A stretch of DNA of 41,684 nt from a virus. Within the stretch, counting starts at the first letter, position 1. Each line of letters opens with the position of its first letter. Under the pieces are notes generated by a model that saw nothing but the letters and a program-made list of their open reading frames with translations, searched no databases and was not told the origin of the DNA. The position numbers were made by a program, and so were the translations under genes. Below, one piece after another: positions 1-7,500 of the stretch. The stretch spans positions 1-41,684 of the IMG/VR virus record IMGVR_UViG_3300014135_000001; one strand, given 5' to 3'.

Positions 1-78
1 CTCCTTTCTACACCTTTATTATACCCTATATAGGGTATAAAGTCAAGCGCTTATTTATACTTTTACAAACAAAAAAAA
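1..78. repeat. Terminal overlap copy 1, identical to 41607..41684
   Basis: Direct comparison: ctcctttctacacctttattataccctatatagggtataaagtcaagcgcttatttatacttttacaaacaaaaaaaa occurs at both window ends. Confidence 0.95.
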
Positions 79-121
79 AGAGCCTACTAACCTAGAAAAT
101 ATCTAGGTTAGTAGGCTCTTT
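69..121 (-). terminator. Rho-independent terminator ending the lysis operon
   Basis: 19-bp stem (77..95 pairs with 103..121, aaagagcctactaacctag / ctaggttagtaggctcttt) with a 7-nt loop. On the minus strand it is followed by a run of 9 T (complement of the A run 71..79). Confidence 0.85.
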
Positions 122-199
122 TAAGCTTTTGTCATTCTTTCGATAATCTTTTGAAATCAATCCATGAGTCCACCTGCTCATGATCAGGAGATAATTGGA

Positions 200-685
200 T
201 CACCTCTCTATCGATGAATCACTACTCCGATTATCGCTCCCGCTCCCACCACCTGGGATATGTTGCGTTGCATTCGTAGTCGCTTGATTGTGCGATTGTC
301 CCGCTCTATTTTGTTCGTCAACACGTCTAAAGATTTCTGCATTTCGCTTAAGGTAGCTTCTTGCTTCACTGAGTCCGCTTTGGCTTTGGCTAATTCGCTC
401 TCCAATTTGTTGATTGTATTGTGAGCTTCTGTCAATTCTTGCCCCTGCTTCACGACTAAGGTCTGTGCTTCTGTCAATGGAATGTTGGATGCTTCTATTG
501 AGTTCAAGGCTTTCTCGTTGTTGCTCTTGAGCTCGTTCCACTGCGTTAACGGCACGGTGATAGTCGGCTCCACTTGGCTGGTAGAGGATATATCCTGCGC
601 AAAGCAAGGCGAGCAACACAACACCACCGATAAGAATATAGCGGTTACGAGTGCGATCAAATAGACTTTTGATTTTTTCATACAT
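200..685 (-). CDS. Spanin-like membrane protein, frame A. N-terminal TM helix plus an R/Q/E/S-rich amphipathic region, giving an Rz / i-spanin-like topology.
   Basis: 161-aa ORF. Its ATG overlaps the amidase stop (TAATG) and lies 5 nt after a GGGGGGA SD. TM segment YILIGGVVLLALLCAGYILY. It sits directly after holin and endolysin. It is fully overlapped by ORF 208..681 in another frame. Confidence 0.5.
   Translation of the reverse strand: MYEKIKSLFDRTRNRYILIGGVVLLALLCAGYILYQPSGADYHRAVNAVERAQEQQRESLELNRSIQHSIDRSTDLSREAGARIDRSSQYNQQIGERISQSQSGLSEARSYLKRNAEIFRRVDEQNRAGQSHNQATTNATQHIPGGGSGSDNRSSDSSIER
208..681 (-). CDS. Spanin-like envelope protein, frame B. N-terminal signal/anchor, K/E-rich coiled coil and a hydrophobic C-terminal tail, giving a u-spanin-like topology.
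   Basis: 157-aa ORF whose ATG is 4 nt downstream of the frame A start and shares the same SD. N-terminus MKKSKVYLIALVTAIFLSVVLCCSPCFA-QD. Heptad-like LESELAKAKADSVKQEATLSEMQKSLDVLTNKIERDNRTIKRL. C-terminal VVGAGAIIGVVI. Its amino-acid composition looks typical for this genome. Confidence 0.55.
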   Translation of the reverse strand: MKKSKVYLIALVTAIFLSVVLCCSPCFAQDISSTSQVEPTITVPLTQWNELKSNNEKALNSIEASNIPLTEAQTLVVKQGQELTEAHNTINKLESELAKAKADSVKQEATLSEMQKSLDVLTNKIERDNRTIKRLRMQRNISQVVGAGAIIGVVIHR

Positions 686-1203
686 TATTGTCCCCCCGCA
701 TAATCAGTAATGCCTCGTGCAATCGCACGAACAATAGTATCTAAATCGTTCTTAAGCATAGCGTGGTCTTCTTCATTATCAATGAAGGCCATTTCAACTA
801 ATACTGCAGTTGCATCCGTACCATTTAATACCCAAAGGTCGTCGCGTTTTTTAACTCCGCGGTCTACGGTATTAATGCTTCGGATGATTTGGCTCTGAAT
901 ATCGTTCGCTAAGCGTTGCCCGTTAAAGGACTTATACAAAGTTTCTGTGCCACGAGCTTGCGTATTAAATGCATTGCAATGGAGTGATACAAATATATCC
1001 GCACCCCAATCATCAGATTCAGAACATACAAGGCCTAAATCATCACTTTGCAGAGTTCTAACTTCGCACCCTGCAGTCTGTAGATATCGTGCTAACATCT
1101 TGCCTGCATCACGAGCTACGTCGCATTCACGAGTACCGTGCACAGGGTTGACTGCCCCAGAATCTAAATCAATATCATGTCCGGGATTAATAAATACTTT
1201 CAT
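685..1203 (-). CDS. Endolysin, N-acetylmuramoyl-L-alanine amidase (Amidase_3 / CwlD-like fold), with no cell-wall-binding domain
   Basis: 172 aa. MKVFINPGHD...FVSLHCNAF...TETLY...VLVEMAFIDNEED matches the zinc-amidase type 3 pattern. Its start overlaps the holin stop. Confidence 0.85.
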   Translation of the reverse strand: MKVFINPGHDIDLDSGAVNPVHGTRECDVARDAGKMLARYLQTAGCEVRTLQSDDLGLVCSESDDWGADIFVSLHCNAFNTQARGTETLYKSFNGQRLANDIQSQIIRSINTVDRGVKKRDDLWVLNGTDATAVLVEMAFIDNEEDHAMLKNDLDTIVRAIARGITDYAGGQ

Positions 1204-1532
1204 CGTTTATCCTCCTTTTCTAACTGATCTGGAATGCCGTTGCCGTCTCTATCTATCCAAAGTGCCAAAAACCCTACGAGAGCCGTTAGCACGCTTGGGA
1301 TAAAGATGTGGTCGATTATATTTATCCCAACAGAAATGAGTTTCCCCATCTCATCAGAAACATAACCTTTGGCAAATGCCATACAGTATTCGATTACCAC
1401 CAACAAAATAGGTACTAGCATTGTTAGTACTAGTGCCCTTGTCGCCAATACTCCTGTAGGATGTATATTAGCTATTCGGATTGATTGATATGATTTTTTA
1501 ACTGTACTGATGAGATTTGGTGGTATGTTCAT
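1200..1532 (-). CDS. Holin (2-3 TM helices, charged C-terminus)
   Basis: Start taken at ATG 1532, preceded by AAGGAGGA. Hydrophobic segments ALVLTMLVPILLVVIEYCMAF and IFIPSVLTALVGFLALWI. Tail DRDGNGIPDQLEKEDKR. Lies immediately upstream of the endolysin. Confidence 0.75.
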   Translation of the reverse strand: MNIPPNLISTVKKSYQSIRIANIHPTGVLATRALVLTMLVPILLVVIEYCMAFAKGYVSDEMGKLISVGINIIDHIFIPSVLTALVGFLALWIDRDGNGIPDQLEKEDKR

Positions 1533-1836
1533 GTAGTTCCTCCTTAATATCATCAACTCTTGCTTCAATGCCATCAACTCGTGATGTCAATTTCACATGT
1601 TCCGTATATGCTTTAGTTCGCTGTTCGCGTGACAATTTGATTTCATCCTTTAAATCCTTTAGCGTATCAGTGAGTACGCCCATTTTTTCGTGAAACATCA
1701 AATTATCCTGCATTCTCTGTAAGTCCAACTTTTCGAGCAACGGAATAACTAGCACTTTATAGCCTAGACCAGCCACAATGCTAACTATTGTGATTGTGGT
1801 CAAGATGTCATTTAATTCAAATTGCCATGTCCACAT
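1498..1836 (-). CDS. Membrane-anchored coiled-coil protein, possible lysis accessory (XhlA-like coiled coil but with an N-terminal TM)
   Basis: 112 aa. SD AAAGGAG. TM ILTTITIVSIVAGLGYKVLVIPLL, then coiled coil LKDLKDEIKLSREQRTKAYTEHVKLTSRVDGIEARVDDIKEEL. Its 3' end overlaps the holin start by 35 nt. Confidence 0.7.
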   Translation of the reverse strand: MWTWQFELNDILTTITIVSIVAGLGYKVLVIPLLEKLDLQRMQDNLMFHEKMGVLTDTLKDLKDEIKLSREQRTKAYTEHVKLTSRVDGIEARVDDIKEELHEHTTKSHQYS

Positions 1837-1874
1837 TTAGCAACTCCTTTCTGTTCCCCCTGTGGTTTGGTTAA

Positions 1875-2885
1875 TTATAGATGGTCAGCGATTCGGACCC
1901 CTGTGTTGATGTAGCGATGGTTAGTCGCATCCCATTCAATGATATTCATATCAAAGGCCAGCGTTTCGGACCCCTGTGTTGATGTAGCGATGGTTAGTCG
2001 CATGTTATTATTGAATCCTTCAAATGTTACATTTTCAGGCGTTTCAATATAATAAGGGCCGTAGCTGTTCCAGTTATCGCCTAAGTTGAGTACTGTCGGA
2101 CGATTAGCATACATATACATAGTAGAAATTTTCCAACGCTTAGGGTTTACGTTGAAATTACCATTCACTGTATTGTTAGTAATGTTCATTTTCAACACAT
2201 CGCCATAGAGTTTGTACACAATGCCATTTTCGGTATATTCGGCGTCGGCGTGTTCGTTGGATACACCTTTAATCGTATAGTCCGCCACTTTCGCACCTGT
2301 GAAATTGTGGTAAGTGAGTTTGATGTCATCTTCACCTAATGGCGGAATATTCACGTTACAAGCCCCATTACTGTCTAGCGTGAAAGGTGTATCATTGCCG
2401 ACTACCTTAACGCTGTAATGTGGTTCCCCTGTTACGGATACTACTTGTTGCCCTTGAATGACGCTAGGAATGGTTAAAGGCTTAAAGTCAGTCCGAGGGA
2501 ACGGCTTACCCATATTACCGATTAAAGCAGTAAGTACATCGTCAACGCTTGCACTTTCGCACCATACGTTACCATTTAGCAATAGCTGATGAGCATTATC
2601 TGCCGTAGCACTTGCGCCATCATTGCCCTTATCACCCTTAGGGCCTTTCAATGCCTCTAACTGTTCGGCGGTGAAATCTGCATAGGTGAATGAGTCGCCT
2701 TTTGAACCAGGTTCACCTTGAGGACCTTTTAAGCTATCAAGCCATTCCTGTTCAGTACCCTTAAACCCGTGAGCAGCTGCAATTTCATAAGCACTTTTCC
2801 CATTATCGCCTACCATGGTTGCTTTTACTTCCGCCTCTACTTTAATCGGACCTTCAATTCTTACTGGTAACGCTTTGTTTTGCAT
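1875..2885 (-). CDS. Tail fibre protein with a short collagen-like region
   Basis: 336 aa. SD GAGGAGGA. KSAYEIAAAHGFKGTEQEWLDSLKGPQGEPGSKGD...LKGPKGDKGNDG is the typical phage-fibre N-terminal motif with G-X-Y repeats. Confidence 0.8.
   Translation of the reverse strand: MQNKALPVRIEGPIKVEAEVKATMVGDNGKSAYEIAAAHGFKGTEQEWLDSLKGPQGEPGSKGDSFTYADFTAEQLEALKGPKGDKGNDGASATADNAHQLLLNGNVWCESASVDDVLTALIGNMGKPFPRTDFKPLTIPSVIQGQQVVSVTGEPHYSVKVVGNDTPFTLDSNGACNVNIPPLGEDDIKLTYHNFTGAKVADYTIKGVSNEHADAEYTENGIVYKLYGDVLKMNITNNTVNGNFNVNPKRWKISTMYMYANRPTVLNLGDNWNSYGPYYIETPENVTFEGFNNNMRLTIATSTQGSETLAFDMNIIEWDATNHRYINTGVRIADHL
1886..1930. repeat. 45-bp direct repeat, copy 1, inside the 3' end of the fibre gene
   Basis: cagcgAttcggacccctgtgttgatgtagcgatggttagtcgcat. 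Identical to 1959..2003 except for one base. Confidence 0.95.
1959..2003. repeat. 45-bp direct repeat, copy 2, 73 nt from copy 1
   Basis: cagcgTttcggacccctgtgttgatgtagcgatggttagtcgcat. The 73-nt offset is not a multiple of 3. Confidence 0.95.
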
Positions 2886-2899
2886 AATACATTCCTCCT

Positions 2900-3226
2900 C
2901 TAATCATGCATGGCCACATCCTGAATTATGTTGACTACCCCCATGCCCAGTTTATAATATCGGCTAGGCTCCGATTCCTTATATGCAAAAGCATCATACA
3001 CATGCTCACCAAAGGACTTAATTTCTAGGGTATCCTTTCCGGAAATATTGAATGTCGCAATCTTCCCAGATACTACCCCTTGCACTTTAATAACAAGCGG
3101 ACCACTTGCTCGCTTTCGTATGGCGAATACTGACTTAAACCCTGTCAAATCCACATTGTCATCTTGGACTGCGTAAACTATCCCGAAATCCTCGCCAATA
3201 TTGAGGTCTATATCTTTTACATTCAT
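2900..3226 (-). CDS. Hypothetical tail/fibre-associated protein
   Basis: 108-aa ORF with an SD (GGGGAGATGA), packed between fibre genes. Confidence 0.7.
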   Translation of the reverse strand: MNVKDIDLNIGEDFGIVYAVQDDNVDLTGFKSVFAIRKRASGPLVIKVQGVVSGKIATFNISGKDTLEIKSFGEHVYDAFAYKESEPSRYYKLGMGVVNIIQDVAMHD

Positions 3227-3241
3227 TACTTATCATCTCCC

Positions 3242-4240
3242 CTAATTGAATGGAATCATACCTTGTTTATCGTACCCGGTCACATCGACTACCAAATACT
3301 GAGATGTGGTTTTACCCGAGCAACCTACAGGATACGTGGTGACAGTATTCCAATCAATGAACTGATACGATTTCAGCGACACAGTACTCTCGTCGTGAAA
3401 TCTGAACGTTTGCCACACTAGCCCCGTGTGTGACTTTTTATCTCCATTATTAATATTAGGCCCCCAAACGGATGCATCGATTACGGACATGGGTATAATT
3501 GCAACCTTGACGCCATATGACTTTGGGTCACGGGCCATGTCTGTAAAAGTATCTGGAACGTAGTTTGATAACTGGTTATACCAATCGTGCGCGTAATGAT
3601 CGATTATGCGCAGGTACCTGATGCGGCTATCATATATCACATCATTCTGCAGATTGTAATCTGCTGCCCAGGATGCTTTATAGTACTTGTGACGGCCAAG
3701 CACTTGCAATGCCGTATTAGGCTTACTACTCCCTACCTTGTCAACAAATCGAATACGAGGTGTATCTGCATTAGCCACAACGTCCTCGAAGTATCCAAAG
3801 CAATAGAATTTAATACCAGCCTTCACTTCATCAACCATTGCTTGCGTTACCTTTTCGCCTGGTTTAATTACATCCACTACCAGCACCATTAACTGCTCAC
3901 GACGTTTATGAACCCACTGAGCCGCGAATTCATATCCTTGCGGAACTGATACTGCGATAAGAGGTGCATCGCCATGATATATGCGATTAGTAATATAAAA
4001 GACCTGGATTACATTAGCCTCCCCCGCAATATATCCGTATTGGTATTTACTTGTAGGCACCAGCATAGGTGCGTAAGCTACAGGTTTGAGCGGGATTTGA
4101 ACCGTTGGCGTTATCCCCCTCATCGCCCCAGTGTAAAGAACTGCATCTTTTTGTTTAGGGAAACTAAGATATACTAGATTGTCATAGGTATCGTTTATAA
4201 TTGTGACACCTTCTTTATTCTGGATGTTAATAAATTCCAT
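3242..4240 (-). CDS. Hypothetical distal-tail / receptor-binding accessory protein
   Basis: Start taken at ATG 4240 (MEFINIQNKEG...) behind GAAGGGTGG. The longer track start at 4312 would lie deep inside the upstream gene. Position is downstream of the J-like gene. Confidence 0.7.
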   Translation of the reverse strand: MEFINIQNKEGVTIINDTYDNLVYLSFPKQKDAVLYTGAMRGITPTVQIPLKPVAYAPMLVPTSKYQYGYIAGEANVIQVFYITNRIYHGDAPLIAVSVPQGYEFAAQWVHKRREQLMVLVVDVIKPGEKVTQAMVDEVKAGIKFYCFGYFEDVVANADTPRIRFVDKVGSSKPNTALQVLGRHKYYKASWAADYNLQNDVIYDSRIRYLRIIDHYAHDWYNQLSNYVPDTFTDMARDPKSYGVKVAIIPMSVIDASVWGPNINNGDKKSHTGLVWQTFRFHDESTVSLKSYQFIDWNTVTTYPVGCSGKTTSQYLVVDVTGYDKQGMIPFN

Positions 4241-4532
4241 ACGCCAACCACCCTTCATATGTAAGATTTTTAAATTGACGATTGATATTATATTCATCCT
4301 GGGATACTGCAAAATAATATGTTATGATATTGCCCCTAACCTCTGCCACTAAGTACTGTCCCATGGCTGCGGCCCAGACATGTTGCCCAGGCTGCAAACC
4401 ATTCACAGTAATTTGTTGGCGTCGATTTGGGATATCAGATACATACATCCGCCCCTCGATACGAGTGAGCCTTTCCTTGAGATTTAGTATGATATTGCCG
4501 TTAGCATCATAAGCTAATACATGCGGTTCCAT
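4227..4532 (-). CDS. Hypothetical tail protein
   Basis: Start at ATG 4532 behind AGGAGG (MEPHVLAYDANG...). 101 aa. Confidence 0.7.
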   Translation of the reverse strand: MEPHVLAYDANGNIILNLKERLTRIEGRMYVSDIPNRRQQITVNGLQPGQHVWAAAMGQYLVAEVRGNIITYYFAVSQDEYNINRQFKNLTYEGWLAYGIY

Positions 4533-4540
4533 AATACCTC

Positions 4541-7500
4541 CTACCAGCACCCAAGTTTAATCCGAGGGTTATTGTCATCATCAAAACCTGTAATAAGATT
4601 ATCTTGAATCTCAACACGAGCACCGGTCTCTCTTGATCGAAGTAACCCGATTGTACCGGACACCGCCGATAAACTATCAACATGTAATTTGTCGGCAGTA
4701 ACTGCGTTAGCCTGAATCATCTTATTAACAATGACGTTATCATCGAACTTAGTCGCTCCAGTGATGTGAATCAATTTTCCCGCAATGTATACACCGGACT
4801 GACTGAGGTTAATGCGAGACACCAACTCACCACCATCAATCTCGCCAATACTTTTTTTAACTTGTAAATCGATGCTACCAGCTAACTCAGTAATGCGAGA
4901 TTCCGTATGTGATGCCAAATTCGTAATTCTTCTAGTGGTCTCTTCAGAATTCGTATTGAATTTCTTATCAAGTTCCTTAATTCGTTCATCAACTTTATTC
5001 AACCCGAGAGACTCAAGGTCTAGCAAGCTCGCATCAATTTGTGTCTTAATCACGACTTGCTTCTCGTTAACGAATCCATCTCCGAACACATCCACAAACG
5101 AGCAACGTATCCGGTATATTCCGGCTGAGTTCGAATATGTCAGCATGGTGCTAGTAGTTTCAAAATCATCGGTGCGTTCATCTCCGATCACGTGGCATCT
5201 GATTGCATATGCTTGTGCGGGCTTAGTTGAGAAGTAAAGATTGAATCCGCCTAACTGACTTTTTACTACAAACTCAGGCGCGGCCAACTGCGGAACGTTA
5301 TACTCATATGTTGCTGCAGTCGAGTATTTGCCCAACGTGCTGCGAGCATATAAATAAACAGTATCCGCTCGTTTAGTTAAAGTAAGTACAGCAGATGTAC
5401 CTTTAACTCTTGCCAATAAAGCATTCGTATCTTTACCTGGATTATTATCGGTACGTAATTCGTAATAGTCGACGTCAGCATTCAGCACCTCATCCCATGA
5501 TGCGGTGGCATTTCTACCGAAAGTAATCCCGAAGTTGCTAGGCATATCGGGTATCGCATCCATCGGTTTGACTATCACATCAACCATTTGGGCTGTTTCT
5601 GCTCGGTTGCCAAATCGGTCAACCGAGATTGCTTTGATTCGATACTCCTCACCTGGGCCTAATGATTTGATAATAACCTGACTATTACTACTGCCAGCAT
5701 ACTGCCATTCTTGCCCCGTTACAGGTTTTCCACTTTTCGATTTTAAGAGATACCAAACCTCCGCCACATCGAAATTGGCAGGATTACTAGGCGGGTCAAA
5801 TAGCACTTGTAAGTCGTAGTACACGCTTTTATCTGCAGTCTGATTGTATCGACTGAGTACGTGCAAATTTTGCACATCCTCCGGTGTTTGCATTTTAGGT
5901 ATGTTAATCGATTTAGTAATACCAGTAGTTAACTGTCCTAACTCATTAATAGCCTGCACCCGCACCTCATAGGTTGCCCCTAGCAGTACATCAGATATCG
6001 TGGTAGTGTTTGTGGATGCTGGGTAGTTTCCGATATACTTCCACGTATCACTTTTTACATTTCGGTAATTTACGACTACGTTTGAGACTTTTCCGTCACG
6101 AGGTAACTGCCACGTTACACCTATGCGTGAATACATGATGCCGTTAGCACCATATACATCGCTCACTAATCCCACTGCTTGAATATCAGATACACCGTGA
6201 TTTGTATAATCAATACTTGGCACCGTGCCATCATCTGATACGTAGAGTTCTGGATAATATTCCATGCATTGGATCTTACGAGTCATTTCTGATAGTGTCT
6301 TTGTAATGGCCAACACACGAAATGGCTTAGCCGATTTAGAAACCTCTCCGAATGCATATACCGCATCAGGCTGCACCGGTATAGCCTCTTTAACAATCAC
6401 ATTGAGACCCGATACATTCACTACATTAAACGTAGAGACAATATCCGTAGAATTGTTACGAATTAGCAACTGATAATTCTTCCCTGGTTGTACCGACACT
6501 TCCTTATCGAGTGTAATCGTCTGTCCACTTACGGCAACCACACGACCGCCCTCGCCCCATTCGGGTATGTCGTGCTGAATTAGAATGATATCTCCTACCG
6601 TGCACGCTATAGCATCCGTAAACGCCTCTATTGTCACAGTACGTATTTCATATTTATTACATCGCAAGAAATGCTTACCGTGTTTATAGGCCTGCTCAAG
6701 ACTGGTGCATCCCATGAGTTCAACTTGTGCCGGATTTGTTAATGTATCCGACTCGTCGTAAGTATCCCCATATACAGGGATAACATCTCGCTCATAATCC
6801 TTATCCTTGTTAAGGAACGATATTTCAACAGAGTTCGCTCTAGCCTCTACACCTTGAAACTCTTCAGTAAAGCTGCCTTGTTTTATATTGGCCACAGTAA
6901 ACAACTGTACCGGAGTAGATTGATAATCGCTAACACATGTGAACCTGGTTCCTACAGGAATTACTTTCCCTCGACCTACTGCTTCTGGATACTTTAACGC
7001 ATCCCATAATCGCATAGCGGTGTCGTATATATAGTTGAATGTAAACCCATTTGTTTTGCACTTATCCGCCCATGCCTTAAATGCGTTATAGTCAAGGCGC
7101 ATATGGGGCTGTCCGAATACAATATATTCACCGCCAATCTTACGACAGATATGAATTAAATCATATGCAGCCCATGCCGGATTATCCGCTGGTTGTGCTT
7201 CATACTTATTGATGTACGGATTGAACACATACACCTCTGAACGCTCTTGAATCCATGTCACTTTTGGATCGCTTCCGCTTAGCTGAGATGTAGCCAAAGC
7301 CTTAATTCCAATGAGGGCTTTTCCTGGATGCACGAAATCGTCATAGATAATTTGAGTTAGCTGCACCCAGTAGACCTTATTGACATGGCGCAGGCTTTTC
7401 CCATCTTTCGCACTGCATCGCATACGGATTTCGTAGCGAGCCTTTTCGAGATTGTCAAAGCGAAATACTCGATAAAACGCATTATTTGTCGCCTCTTCAA

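Noticed and set aside
208-681. Calling ORF 208..681 a lipoprotein o-spanin
   Set aside because: None of the three N-terminal Cys residues is preceded by G, A or S at position -1 (the contexts are VVL-C, VLC-C and CSP-C). No canonical lipobox is present, so only signal-like or anchor-like is claimed.
947-1303. Plus-strand ORFs lying antisense inside minus-strand genes. Examples: 482..664, 710..898, 947..1303, 3164..3421, 4812..5237, 13302..13580, 14839..15183, 16031..16370, 17456..17866, 21060..21383, 28071..28412, 33073..33405, 34589..34945, 35658..36011
   Set aside because: All lie entirely within well-supported genes on the opposite strand. They lack SD sequences and have Ser/Leu/Arg/Cys-rich, low-complexity translations typical of antisense frames.
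1886-2003. The tail-fibre repeat as a diversity-generating retroelement VR/TR pair
   Set aside because: No reverse transcriptase is present anywhere in the window. The repeat is only 45 bp with a single A/T difference rather than adenine-specific variation. Both copies lie inside the same ORF.
4240-4312. Longer N-terminal extensions offered by the ORF track. Examples: 3242..4312, 4227..4550, 8495..8881, 1200..1577, 36259..36810, 37117..37377, 37606..37809, 23184..23462
   Set aside because: In each case an internal ATG is preceded by a well-spaced AGGAGG-like SD and gives a short overlap or gap with the upstream gene. The longer form starts without an SD, deep inside the upstream gene.
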